A stretch of DNA of 64,000 nt. Origin: Acidobacteriota bacterium. GTDB taxonomy: Bacteria > Acidobacteriota > Thermoanaerobaculia > Multivoradales > JAHEKO01. Of this stretch, positions 30,143-39,677 are shown piece by piece. The DNA is taken from contig JAOTWP010000002.1 in the NCBI GenBank assembly GCA_029862975.1, positions 26,287-90,286 of the forward strand, read 5' to 3'. Position numbers and translations under genes: made by a program. The notes beneath the pieces are model-generated. The model was not told where the DNA came from. It searched no databases and saw only the letters and a program-made list of their open reading frames with translations. Position 1 is the stretch's first letter. Every line of letters starts with the position of its first letter.

Positions 30143-31792
30143 TCACAGCTCGATCACCTGCAGCCGGCTGCCGTCGAGCTCGAGCTGCTCGAAGATAGCA
30201 TCGACCGCCGCCGGGCCGTAGCGGCCGGGCAGGTCGGAGCTCGACAGCACCCGTTCCTGGAGCCGGCCGTCGGGGCGCACCCATTGCCGGAGCCCCGCGA
30301 GGCGGCCGCGCCGCAGCTCGTCGGCCCGCCCCAGAGCCGCCGTCAAGCGGGCCTCGAACTGCTCGAGGGCGCGGCGCATCTGATCCGCCGTCTTCTCGAG
30401 CGGCCGGCCGAGGTCGGCGGCCGCCGGCGCCGCCGCGGCCTCGAGATCGGCAAGGAGGGCCTCGAGACGGCGGCGGGCGGGCGCGAGCCTTTCCTCCGAC
30501 CGGGCGCCCGCGGCGGCGCGGTCGAGGTCGAAGTCCGGCCCTACGAAGTCCGCGAGCCCGCGACCGGTCTGCTCGAGCCGGCGGCGCTGGTTGGCGGGCA
30601 GGACGAGAATCTGGGGGCGCAGCGCCGTCGCCGGCGCGGCCACCCCGAGCGCCCCGTAGAGCGGCGCCAGCTGCGGCAGGTACGACATCTCGGCGGGGCC
30701 CATCACCTGCAGCGTGGTCCCCAGGATGGCGTCCTGGACGAGCGGCCGCGCGAGCACGCCGGGCATGATCGCGCCGGGGTTCTCGGCGATCGCCTGTTCG
30801 AGCTCGGCCACTCCGCGCTCCTCCTCGCGGCCCCGCAAGGCCCAGGTCGCGTCGCCGGTCCAGACGATCCGCCGGCGCTCGGGACCGCTCAGGAAGAAAA
30901 GGGGGCTCGCTCCCGGCTGCGGGGCGACCTGCAGCGGGTGCCCCCGCCCGGTCACCGCCGCCGCGGCCGTGGCGAGGATCGACTCCACCTCTCCGCGGCG
31001 CGCGACGAAGGCGGCGAGCCAGGGCCTTTCGGCCTGCTTGACGGCCGGCAGCATGGCGTCGAGCAGCAGCGGGCACCGCGGCCCCAGCAGGTGGACGAAC
31101 AGCCTGGCGAACGCCTCGCCGAAGCGCGCCGTCGGCTGGTACCAGCCGGCGAGCGTGTCGCACCATTCGCCGAACCGCGGGCTCGCGTTGCCCTCCTTCA
31201 CGCTCGCGAGCACGTCCGCCACCGCGGGACCGAAGCTGCGCATGCCCAGCGGCGTGAGCTCCTGCTCGTCGGCTCCCAGCTCGAAGCGGCGTAGCCCGCC
31301 GTCGACCTGGAAGGCGCTCCACGAGCTCTCCCGGAAGTCGTGGTCCTCCGTGGCCATCCAGAAGACGGCGACGGCCGGGCGGCCGGCAGCCTCCAGCGCC
31401 GCCGCCCAGCGCGCCGCGGCGGCCGCCTTGGCGAGCGCGTAGAGCGGCCCGCCGAAGAGACCGGGCTGCTGGCCCGTCACGACCACCGCGGTCGCGGGGT
31501 CGGCGAGCTGCGCGGCGGCCGCCGCCGCCCGCGGATGACCGTAGGCGGCGTTGGCCTCCGCCAGGCCCGCCGCCAGGGCGCCGCGGTCGACGCTGCGCGG
31601 GGCGGGTGCGGGCAGCTCGCCGGGCGCGAGAAACTCGAGGGGGGCCAGCAGGTCGCGATCGCGGCCGGCGAGAAAGGCCCGCGCCACGGGCGGCAGCAGC
31701 CCGAGCTCGGCGAGCTCGAGATCAGAGCTTGCGCCCGACGTAGATGAGTCGCTCGCTGTCACCGCCGCTCGGCTCTCCTTGGAAGCCGCCAT
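30143..31792 (-). CDS. bshC: Bacillithiol biosynthesis cysteine-adding enzyme BshC.
   Basis: ~540 aa. The conserved VVTGQQPGLFGGPLY motif is at about residue 100, as in B. subtilis BshC (VVGGQQAGLLTGPLY). It is followed by FWMATEDHDF. The start overlaps the upstream methyltransferase by ~70 nt, so the true start may be downstream. Confidence 0.7.
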   Translation of the reverse strand: MAASKESRAAVTASDSSTSGASSDLELAELGLLPPVARAFLAGRDRDLLAPLEFLAPGELPAPAPRSVDRGALAAGLAEANAAYGHPRAAAAAAQLADPATAVVVTGQQPGLFGGPLYALAKAAAAARWAAALEAAGRPAVAVFWMATEDHDFRESSWSAFQVDGGLRRFELGADEQELTPLGMRSFGPAVADVLASVKEGNASPRFGEWCDTLAGWYQPTARFGEAFARLFVHLLGPRCPLLLDAMLPAVKQAERPWLAAFVARRGEVESILATAAAAVTGRGHPLQVAPQPGASPLFFLSGPERRRIVWTGDATWALRGREEERGVAELEQAIAENPGAIMPGVLARPLVQDAILGTTLQVMGPAEMSYLPQLAPLYGALGVAAPATALRPQILVLPANQRRRLEQTGRGLADFVGPDFDLDRAAAGARSEERLAPARRRLEALLADLEAAAAPAAADLGRPLEKTADQMRRALEQFEARLTAALGRADELRRGRLAGLRQWVRPDGRLQERVLSSSDLPGRYGPAAVDAIFEQLELDGSRLQVIEL

Positions 31793-32450
31793 GGATGTCC
31801 GTGATGTCCAGTCCCGCCCAGCTCAGGCCGTTGACCACCTCGTCGCGGGTGTAGGCCCGCACGCTCTCGAGATAGGTGCGCGTGGGCTCGCCCGCGCGCA
31901 GCAGGCGGATGCGCTTGTTGACCCGGCGCGTGGCGGCGTCGAACCAGCGCTCGATCTCCACCGCCCCGCCTTCGCGCTCCACGCGGTCGCGCGGCTCGAG
32001 GGTGGCGAGCACGCGGTCGCTGTTGAACAGGTCGATCAAGCAGCGGCCGCCGGGGCGCAGCACCCGCACGATCTCCTCGAGCACCCGGAAGTTCTCGCGC
32101 TCGCTCTCGAAGTAGCCGAAGGAGGTGAAGAAGTTCAGCACCCAGTCGAACGTGGCGGCGGCAAAGGGCAGGTCGCGCATGTCCGCCGCCACCCGCGGCA
32201 GGCCGGCGCCCTGGGCCAGCATGGTCGGCGAGAGATCGGTGCCGAGCACCCGGTAGCCGCGCCGCCGCAGCTCGCGGGTGTGGCGGCCGGCGCCGCACGC
32301 GAGGTCGAGAACCGCCGTCGGCTTCGCGTCGCCAAAGAGCCGCGTCACGAAATCGACGTGGCGCCGGGCCTCCCCCTCGTCCCGGTGGGCGTAGAGCTCG
32401 AGGTAGTCCTCGCCGAACCACTCCTTGTACCAGGCCACGGCGGGGATCAT
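31722..32450 (-). CDS. Class I SAM-dependent methyltransferase; candidate bacillithiol N-methyltransferase (NmbA-like) by context.
   Basis: Motif I VLDLACGAGRHT, acidic loop VLGTDLS, motif II/III FDWVLNFFTSFGYF, LRPGGRCLID. It is immediately upstream of and overlapping bshC. Confidence 0.7.
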   Translation of the reverse strand: MIPAVAWYKEWFGEDYLELYAHRDEGEARRHVDFVTRLFGDAKPTAVLDLACGAGRHTRELRRRGYRVLGTDLSPTMLAQGAGLPRVAADMRDLPFAAATFDWVLNFFTSFGYFESERENFRVLEEIVRVLRPGGRCLIDLFNSDRVLATLEPRDRVEREGGAVEIERWFDAATRRVNKRIRLLRAGEPTRTYLESVRAYTRDEVVNGLSWAGLDITDIHGGFQGEPSGGDSERLIYVGRKL

Positions 32451-32510
32451 ACCCGGCCTGGCCAGCGTCCCACCGCGGACGCTGCCCGCGCGGCGTATAC
32501 TGAGTGCCGC

Positions 32511-33434
32511 ATGCTCTCGTTGCGATCCAGCATCAAGATGGCCTGGGCTCTGACGCTGCTCGCCGCCGCGGGGTCGGCGGCCCAGGCGCCCGAAGCGGTG
32601 GAGGAGCCCGCGGGAGCGCTCTTCGCCAACGGCTTCGAGAGCGGCAACACGCTCGCCTGGTCGGACCGGTTCCCGCCGTTGCCGGCGCCCGACGCCTTCC
32701 GGATCCTCGACCTCGACCTGCGCGACCCGCACGTCTTCGTCGACATTCCCGTCTTCGGCTGCGTCGACTTCACGGACGACGCCCTGCCCGCCGGGCTGGG
32801 TCCGTCGTTCAACGACTCCCTGCAGGCGGCGATCGAGAGCGACGGCGACGGCGACGGGTTGCTCGACTTCAGCTTCATCCTCGGGTTCCGTCCCTTCCTC
32901 GAGACGGCCGCCGGCGAGCGGCTCGACGCCGGCTGCGGGCTGTGCACCGACCCGCCCGCCACCACGGTCTGCGACTGGGACCGCGCGGTCGCCATCCCGC
33001 GCACCACGACCTACGACGGCCTGACGGCCGGGCTCTGCCTGGACGCGCTTCCGGGCACGACCTCGGGCTACGACCCGCCGGTGGCGGCCACCGTCGCGCC
33101 GTGCGTCGGCAGCAACGTCGGGCTGGCGCCGATCATCGTCCTGGTCGTCGCCGGCATCCCGATCGTCTTCGAGGACGGCCAGATCGCCGGCACCCTGGTC
33201 GGCGATCCCGTTTTCCGCCTCGAAGGCGGCCTCGTCCGCGGGTTCCTGAGCGAAGCGGTGGCCGACTCCATCGTGCTGCCCGGCCCGGCGGGCGACATCA
33301 CCCTGAGCTCGCTCCTGCCCGGCGGCCAGGGCAGCTGCGCGGCCGGCGACGACCGCGATCTTCTCGACGGCGTCAGCGGCTGGTGGTTCTACCTCGAGCA
33401 CGTCGCCGAGGAGATCGACTTCGTCGGCGACTGA
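32511..33434 (+). CDS. Secreted hypothetical protein.
   Basis: ATG 32511. Signal peptide MLSLRSSIKMAWALTLLAAAGSAAQA. 307 aa with several Cys pairs. High GC3. Confidence 0.55.
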   Translation: MLSLRSSIKMAWALTLLAAAGSAAQAPEAVEEPAGALFANGFESGNTLAWSDRFPPLPAPDAFRILDLDLRDPHVFVDIPVFGCVDFTDDALPAGLGPSFNDSLQAAIESDGDGDGLLDFSFILGFRPFLETAAGERLDAGCGLCTDPPATTVCDWDRAVAIPRTTTYDGLTAGLCLDALPGTTSGYDPPVAATVAPCVGSNVGLAPIIVLVVAGIPIVFEDGQIAGTLVGDPVFRLEGGLVRGFLSEAVADSIVLPGPAGDITLSSLLPGGQGSCAAGDDRDLLDGVSGWWFYLEHVAEEIDFVGD

Positions 33435-33471
33435 AGCGCCCTTCGCCCGCGAGCGGCGTTGTCGCCGGCCG

Positions 33472-34071
33472 CTACGCCCCCGGCGAACGGCGGATCTGCG
33501 CCGTGATCCTGGCGAACCGCTCGCCGGAGCGCCGTGCCGTCTCGAGCTCCGCGGTGGAGAGGCCGGGATCGGAGGGCCCGGTGGTGGCTCCGGCACCGAG
33601 GCTTCCGAAGCCGTCCAGCTCGAGACCGCCGATGACCGTGAACCGCATGTTCAGGAAGGCGGCCAGGATCGCCAGCCGGGCGAGCTCCTTGCCCGCGGCC
33701 GGCGCGCCGCCGGTGCAGAACGCCCCCGCGGTGCGGCCCTCGCCGTGGATCTCCTCGTCGAGCACGCGCCCGACGCGATCCAGGAAGCCCTTGGCCCCGG
33801 CGCTCAGGCTCCCCCAGATGACCGGCGTGCCGACGAGGATTCCGTCCGCCCTCAGGATCTCCTCGTCGGTCACGGCGGAGATCCTCCGCAGAACGGACTC
33901 CACGCCCTCCACCGAAGCCACGCCTTCGGCGAGAGCCCGGCCGAGCGCCTCGGTGTTCCCGGTCTCGGAATCGTAGGCGACGAGGACGATCGTCGCCGCC
34001 GGCTCCACCGCGCGAGCCGGCTCCATCGCCGCCATCGAGCCGACGGCAAGAGCGAGGACAAGGGCCGCCAC
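33472..34071 (-). CDS. Flavodoxin-like (WrbA/NAD(P)H:quinone oxidoreductase-like) protein with an N-terminal hydrophobic extension.
   Basis: Flavodoxin signature IVLVAYDSETGNTEALGRALAEG. The best start is GTG 34071, 5 nt after GGGAGG. This adds MAALVLALAVGS ahead of the alternative ATG at 34035. Confidence 0.55.
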   Translation of the reverse strand: MAALVLALAVGSMAAMEPARAVEPAATIVLVAYDSETGNTEALGRALAEGVASVEGVESVLRRISAVTDEEILRADGILVGTPVIWGSLSAGAKGFLDRVGRVLDEEIHGEGRTAGAFCTGGAPAAGKELARLAILAAFLNMRFTVIGGLELDGFGSLGAGATTGPSDPGLSTAELETARRSGERFARITAQIRRSPGA

Positions 34072-34169
34072 CAGAACCTCCCGCAACGGATCGCTCCTCT
34101 CGTTTCCCCGGGGATCCTCGAGCGCGACGAGGGCTCCCTGGGCCGGACGCCATCGCCCGTGACGGGATT

Positions 34170-34853
34170 CTATCCGGGCGCGCCCGCGGAAGATCCTGGC
34201 TCGAGGGAGGAGGGCAGCAAGATGCCGCCCGAGATGACCATTCGCACTCCCTCTTCGATCGACATCGGCAGGTCGATGGTCTGATCGCGCGGCACGAGCA
34301 GCAGGTAGCCGCTCGTCGGGTTGGGGGTCGTGGGCAGGAAGACCATGACGAAATCGCTGGTGCGCTCGTGGATCTGAGGCCACCGGCTGCTGCCGGTGAC
34401 GAAAGCCAGCGCGAACATGTCCTTGCGCGGATACTCGATCAGCACAACCCGCTTGAAGGCGTCGCTCTTGTCCCGCGCCAGCGCCTCCATGACGCCCTTG
34501 GTCGCCAGATAGACCGCCCCGCCGACCGGAATGCGGGCGATCAGGCGCTCGACTCCGGCCACGATCCGGCGCCCCACGTAGTTGCTCGACAGCCAACCGA
34601 GGAGAAGGACCACCGCCAGCGTCAGGATCAAGCCGAGCCCGGGAATGTAAAAGCCCGGGATGTAGGGGTCGATCCAGGCCTGGATTCGGGGCGCGAAGAT
34701 GCCGTCCATCCAGCGGAAGAGCTGGAGCAGCACGTAGGCCGAGAGAGCTACGGGAACGAGGATCACGATCCCGGTCAGGAACATGCGCCGGAGTCGCGTG
34801 CGCAGCGGCATGTGGATCACCGCGGGGACCGCCTCGTGGTCGAGCGCCTTCAT
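34170..34853 (-). CDS. DUF502-family membrane protein.
   Basis: MKALDHEAVPAV... then a TM helix (FLTGIVILVPVALSAYVLL), and the conserved SGYLLLVPRDQTIDLPMSIEEG near the C-terminus. ATGA overlap with the NUDIX stop. Confidence 0.65.
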   Translation of the reverse strand: MKALDHEAVPAVIHMPLRTRLRRMFLTGIVILVPVALSAYVLLQLFRWMDGIFAPRIQAWIDPYIPGFYIPGLGLILTLAVVLLLGWLSSNYVGRRIVAGVERLIARIPVGGAVYLATKGVMEALARDKSDAFKRVVLIEYPRKDMFALAFVTGSSRWPQIHERTSDFVMVFLPTTPNPTSGYLLLVPRDQTIDLPMSIEEGVRMVISGGILLPSSLEPGSSAGAPG

Positions 34854-35425
34854 CGCGGCTCCGTGTGCGGCCCGCGGGAAGGGCCGTCCGCCGCCCCCAG
34901 GCCCAGCAGATAGAACGCCGCGACGACCAGCGAGTGGGTGATCTCGCCGCTGGCGATCAGGCCCGGGATCGCCGTCAGCGCAACGGTCTCCACCCGGATT
35001 TCCTCTCCCTCGACGCCGTAGACCTCGCGGCCGGCCGGCGGCGCTTCGAGGTCGCTGGCGAGCCAGGTCGAGAGCTCGTTGGACAGGAAGGCCGGGTTGG
35101 GGTGGGTGACGCCGAGCCGGCGGATCTTCCGGGCGCGGTAGCCGGTCTCCTCTTCGAGCTCCCGCCGCGCCGCCCGCTCGGGGTCCTCGCCCGGATCGAC
35201 CATGCCGCCGGGAATCTCGAGGGTCGGCGCCTGGATGCCGAAGCGCCACTGGCGGATCAGCAGGACGCGGCCGTCGGCGAGGAGCGGGACGACGTTGATC
35301 CAGTGCGGCGCCGTGAGGACCAGGGCTTCGCGGCGCTCCTCTCCCGCCGCCAGCTGGTGCCGCTCGAGCTCGAAGATGGGGTGGCGAAACAGGCTTTGGA
35401 CGTCGGTGGGCCGCCAGGAGCGCAT
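34850..35425 (-). CDS. NUDIX hydrolase (ADP-ribose pyrophosphatase-like).
   Basis: Nudix box GGMVDPGEDPERAARRELEEETG. Confidence 0.8.
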   Translation of the reverse strand: MRSWRPTDVQSLFRHPIFELERHQLAAGEERREALVLTAPHWINVVPLLADGRVLLIRQWRFGIQAPTLEIPGGMVDPGEDPERAARRELEEETGYRARKIRRLGVTHPNPAFLSNELSTWLASDLEAPPAGREVYGVEGEEIRVETVALTAIPGLIASGEITHSLVVAAFYLLGLGAADGPSRGPHTEPR

Positions 35426-35570
35426 CGCGAGACATTACCGCAAGAGCAACCGCGCAGCGCACTCCTCGCGAGGCGACCGGAAGGTTCTCGCCGCTCGGCC
35501 ATCCAACGGACGGCGCAAGCAGCCCGGGCCAGGCGCGGACACCCGCCTGCTCGTGCCGCCGCAGCCGGCC

Positions 35571-36452
35571 TCAGCGCCCGAGGTCGGACGCCGCCGCCTC
35601 GCCCGGGAAGGGCGTGGGAGCCGATCCGGCGAGCGCCGCCTCGCAGTAGGCGTCACGGGCCAGGAAGGAGGCGAAGATCTCGAGGGCGTCGAGGGCTCCT
35701 GGGATCTGCACGTCGGTGCAGGCGCACAGCAGATCCCCAGTCGCGGCGGGGCGTGCGCCCGGCTTGCGACCGCGCACGGCGGCCATGAGACGCTCGAGAG
35801 AGACGTCTTCGCGGGAGCGGCGGCTCAGCCGTAGCCGGGTGGCGAGATCGCGGCTCGCAAACTCCTTCTCGTAGGCGCGGAAGGCGGCTGGAGTGGCGAA
35901 CAGGGCAAGGTAGGGCGGTGGATCCCGCGCCAGGACGGCGGTGACCACCTCGGGGACGGTGAAGACCTCGATCGGCGGCTCGCCGGCGGGGCGGTCGTGG
36001 GGCGGTGACTCTTCGCCTGGCGGCACGTTGCCTGGCCCGGTGGCCACGGCATTCCGCAGCACTTTGCCGGCCTCGCAGAGCGAGTTGCAGGGGATGATCA
36101 CGCGGACGCGTGCCACCGCCGTGCCGCGGATGGTCTCGATCCACGGCGCGAGAGCCTCCGAGATTCGGCGGCCCATCTCGGCCGCGGTCAGGCCCCCGCC
36201 GACGCCGACGAGAATGCCGGAATCGAGCGCTCGACCTGCGCGCGCGTAGGTCGCGAGCTCCTCCGCCTTCAGGTCGGGAAGAAGGCCGAGCACCGTGTAG
36301 CGCACCGTCCGGTACTCGTCGAAGAACGGCTGGCCGGCGAGGCGCTGTTCGAGAATCCGGCGCTCGGCGTCCGAGAAGGCCGCGAGGTAGCGCAGGGTCG
36401 CCCGGCGACCGAAGTCGCCGACGATCAGGTCGTGAGTTGGCAGGCTGCCCAA
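35571..36452 (-). CDS. Hypothetical protein.
   Basis: 293-aa ORF with high GC3 and a Rossmann-like segment (GILVGVGGGLTAAEMGRRI). No diagnostic motif recognised. Confidence 0.45.
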   Translation of the reverse strand: MGSLPTHDLIVGDFGRRATLRYLAAFSDAERRILEQRLAGQPFFDEYRTVRYTVLGLLPDLKAEELATYARAGRALDSGILVGVGGGLTAAEMGRRISEALAPWIETIRGTAVARVRVIIPCNSLCEAGKVLRNAVATGPGNVPPGEESPPHDRPAGEPPIEVFTVPEVVTAVLARDPPPYLALFATPAAFRAYEKEFASRDLATRLRLSRRSREDVSLERLMAAVRGRKPGARPAATGDLLCACTDVQIPGALDALEIFASFLARDAYCEAALAGSAPTPFPGEAAASDLGR

Positions 36453-36500
36453 GGTCTGGAGGTCCTTTCGTCGGTCTCGATAGCGGGGACGACGATCCCG

Positions 36501-39500
36501 CTACCCTCGGGCCCGTCGCCGCGAGATCACCTCGATGAAGCCGGGGAGAATCTCCAGATGATCGCCGAGCATATCGTGAATCGCGCCACGGCTCAGCTCG
36601 AGAAGCCTCGTCGGCGCAACGGCGGTGGCGTCGGCCGTTCGCGCCCCGGTCTGCACCGCGGCGATCTCACCGAGGGTGCCCAGCTCTCCGACCTCGGTCA
36701 GCAATCTGCCGTCCTTCTCGACCCGAACCCGGCCCTCGACGACCAGAACCAGCGTCTGCCCGGGCTCCCCTTCCCGAAACAGCGGCATGCCCTCGCGGAG
36801 ACTCATCTCCCTGGTGCCCGCGCAGTACGTCGCCAGCAGGCGCGAAGGCAGCCTGGCGAAGAGATCCGAGCTCTTGAAGACGAGCACCTTCTCGAACGCC
36901 AGCAGATTCCGGCGGCCGCTCCCGTCACCCTCCGACCCGGGCTCGAGAAGCACAAGAAGGGGCTGCCGCGCGCTCGCCGGCAGCCGCTTCACATGGTGCT
37001 CGAACGCCGCACGATCGATCTCCGCGAGCGCCCAGGCGGCGAGCTCGCGCACCATCGCGTCCGAGCTGTGGAGATTGGCGAGCAGCGGTTCGGGGACGCT
37101 CTTCTCGCCGAGCTCCACCCACGACTGGATGGCGGTGGCGCGGAGCCAGCCATCGGCCGTACGGCGACCCCGGCTCATGATGTCGAGGAGGCGGGCGGAG
37201 CGGCCAAGGAGGCGCTGCGGCGAGTGCGCGGCGAGGCGATGGAGCAACTGGGCGCGCGGCAGGCTCTCGAAGAGGGGTAGCAACAGGTCCCGCTGGCCGG
37301 GGGGTAGGATCTGGTCGGCGATCTCGACGGCGTAGGCTCGATCTTCAGTGTTCTCGGACGCGATCTGTTGGCGCAAGAGCTCGACCGTCTTGCCGTCGGC
37401 GATCAACGCCAAAAGGTGGAAGATGGTCTCGATCTCGCTCTCGATCTCCAGATCGAGAGCGCCGGCGAGAAGCTCGGTCTCGCGACCATCACCGAGATCG
37501 AGGCGCGAGGCGAGATACCAGGCGAGGGTATCGACGACCTTCTCGATTTGATTCTGGACGATCGATTCCTGCTCGCCCCGGGCGCGGAAACCGAGCATGC
37601 CGAGGGAGCGGATCGCCTGCCGCTCGACGCCGCGGTCGGGGAAGACGAGTCTGTCGAAAAGGAGACTTTCCGCCTTGACGCCGCCGATCCGCTCGTAGAT
37701 GCGGAGAATCCGCAACCTCGCCTCCGGAGAATCGTCGAAGCGCCCGAAAGCCGCTTCCAGGGAGTCGAGTACACCCTCTCCGGCGGTGATCAGGCTCGAG
37801 GCTGCCGCCTTGCAGAAGAGCCCGGACGGCAACTGTTCGATCAGGACGGGCCAGAACTCGGCCCGCCGAGTCTGGCCGGCGGCGATCAAGGCGCGGCGGC
37901 GCACGGCGATGTCGCTGTCCCGCATCAGCCCGAAGAGCGAGCGCGCGGCCACGAGATCGGTTCGCCGGCCGATCATGACGGCTGCCGACTCGCGCTGCGC
38001 GGGATCGCGGGATTGAGCCAGCGCCGCCAGCTGGGCGGGCGTCGCGTCGTCCTGCGCCGCCGCCAGGAGAGAGCGGGCCGCGGCGCGGGCGGCGGCCGTC
38101 ATCTGCGGCTCCGACTCGCGAGCAGCCGCTGCCGAGAGCGCCGGCACCGGGTCGAAGATCTGCTGTACCTCGATCGTCTCGTAGGCCATGCGGCGCAGCT
38201 CCGCACGGTCCGACGCCAGCAGCTCGACCAGCAGTAGCTCGAGGACGTTCGGATCGACCACCTTGAGCGCGTCCAACGAGTGCCTGCACTCGAGCGGTGG
38301 CGCGGCCTGCAGCCGCCGGAGGATGAGGTCGAGCGGCGAGGCGATGGAGGCTCCTCCCGGCTGCCTGGCCAAGGCCGAGAGCAGCTTCTGCTGGAAGCCC
38401 GCGTAGGTCGGACGAATCAGCGTGAGCCAGATGGCAAGAACCAGCGCCAGCGCTACGATGACCGGTAGCGAGGTCTCCGAGACACGGCCCAGGCCGAGCA
38501 GGATCGAGCCGGCCAGCAACAGGCCGACCGGTTTCGCCACGCCCTCCAACCGCGCCTGAACGGACAGCCGGACGTCCTCGGAGAGCGGCTGGAAGAGAAC
38601 CCTCTGCGACGGCTCGAAGATCGAGCGGCGCAGCACGAACTCCGCCATCTTCGCCACCAGCACGAGGATGAAGTAGAGCTCGCCGAGCGCGCCGATCACG
38701 CCGCTCAAGAGCGACAGCGCGACGAGGACGGCGAGCGCCACGGGAAGGGCCGAGAGTCCGACCACGACGCCGAATCGAGTGACGAGCCTGCCCGCCAGGA
38801 ACGTCTTCGTCAGAAGCTCGAACAGCTTGATGACGCCGAAGAAAAAGCCGAGGATCCCGGCCAGGGCCTCTGCGCCCTGGAACCGGGCGCGGGTCTCCAC
38901 GAGGAAGCTGAAGTCGACGAAGAAGAGCGTGAAGACCGACAGCGCCGTGGTCGCCGCCACGAGCACGAAATAGCGATCGGCGAAGACCGTCGACAGGGCC
39001 ATCCCGGGCTCGGTCGCCGCGGCGTCCCGGCGCGTCCTGCGGAGCTGGTCCGCGAAGCGGCGGAGGATCGCCTGCAGCACCAGCAAGGAGAGGATCAGCC
39101 CGCCGGCGGCCAGGGCGAGCAGGCCGGTCGAGCCGAGAGTGCCGACGAGAGCGGGGACGAGCAGGAAGCCGAGAATCTCCGAGACCACCTCGCCGGAGCC
39201 GAGGAGGCCGAACAGGCGCTTGCCCTGCTGCAGATCGAAGAGCCTCGCCGCCAACCCCCAGAAGCCGAGGTCGACGAGCGTCAGGACCGGCAGAATCATG
39301 GAGAACATGACGAACCGGATCCAACCGCCTCCGGGCAGATTCAGCCCGACCGCAAAGAGCGCGGAGAGCACGACGAGGAACGCCAGGTTGATCATCAGCA
39401 GTCGCTCGATCGACACGCGACGCTCGAGGCGCGAGAAGAGCGCGAGGATCAGATAGGCCAGGCCGCCGGAGAGGATGTAGGCCCAGGGCAGAACGCGGTA

Positions 39501-39677
39501 GTCGAACCGATCGAGAAACTGGGCGCTGGCGACGGAGAAGAAGAAGGCGATGAAGACGCCGATCCAGAACGAGTGCGCCCACAACAGGACGATGCGGGAC
39601 CCTTCGCCGGGTCGAATGTGCAGCCAGCGCTCGATCCGCCGCCCGCCACCGGCATCTTCGGCGGCGTCGAGGGGCAT
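36501..39677 (-). CDS. Multidomain membrane protein: an N-terminal 12-TM MFS/TLC (ATP:ADP antiporter-like) transporter domain, HEAT/PBS-lyase-like repeats, and a C-terminal cyclic-nucleotide-binding domain.
   Basis: Start is ATG 39677 (MPLDAAED...) with GGAGGAG 5 nt upstream. About 12 hydrophobic helices lie in the first ~450 aa. Repeated ...A..AL..L.D..V... HEAT-like units follow. The C-terminal cNMP-binding signature is GEPGQTLVLVVEGRVRV...LGTLGEIA. Confidence 0.65.
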   Translation of the reverse strand: MPLDAAEDAGGGRRIERWLHIRPGEGSRIVLLWAHSFWIGVFIAFFFSVASAQFLDRFDYRVLPWAYILSGGLAYLILALFSRLERRVSIERLLMINLAFLVVLSALFAVGLNLPGGGWIRFVMFSMILPVLTLVDLGFWGLAARLFDLQQGKRLFGLLGSGEVVSEILGFLLVPALVGTLGSTGLLALAAGGLILSLLVLQAILRRFADQLRRTRRDAAATEPGMALSTVFADRYFVLVAATTALSVFTLFFVDFSFLVETRARFQGAEALAGILGFFFGVIKLFELLTKTFLAGRLVTRFGVVVGLSALPVALAVLVALSLLSGVIGALGELYFILVLVAKMAEFVLRRSIFEPSQRVLFQPLSEDVRLSVQARLEGVAKPVGLLLAGSILLGLGRVSETSLPVIVALALVLAIWLTLIRPTYAGFQQKLLSALARQPGGASIASPLDLILRRLQAAPPLECRHSLDALKVVDPNVLELLLVELLASDRAELRRMAYETIEVQQIFDPVPALSAAAARESEPQMTAAARAAARSLLAAAQDDATPAQLAALAQSRDPAQRESAAVMIGRRTDLVAARSLFGLMRDSDIAVRRRALIAAGQTRRAEFWPVLIEQLPSGLFCKAAASSLITAGEGVLDSLEAAFGRFDDSPEARLRILRIYERIGGVKAESLLFDRLVFPDRGVERQAIRSLGMLGFRARGEQESIVQNQIEKVVDTLAWYLASRLDLGDGRETELLAGALDLEIESEIETIFHLLALIADGKTVELLRQQIASENTEDRAYAVEIADQILPPGQRDLLLPLFESLPRAQLLHRLAAHSPQRLLGRSARLLDIMSRGRRTADGWLRATAIQSWVELGEKSVPEPLLANLHSSDAMVRELAAWALAEIDRAAFEHHVKRLPASARQPLLVLLEPGSEGDGSGRRNLLAFEKVLVFKSSDLFARLPSRLLATYCAGTREMSLREGMPLFREGEPGQTLVLVVEGRVRVEKDGRLLTEVGELGTLGEIAAVQTGARTADATAVAPTRLLELSRGAIHDMLGDHLEILPGFIEVISRRRARG

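Noticed and set aside
28270-31322. 520-aa and 642-aa extended versions of bshA and bshB.
   Set aside because: The N-terminal extensions are Arg/Pro-rich and precede conserved BshA/BshB starts that have GTG codons and overlap or SD support.
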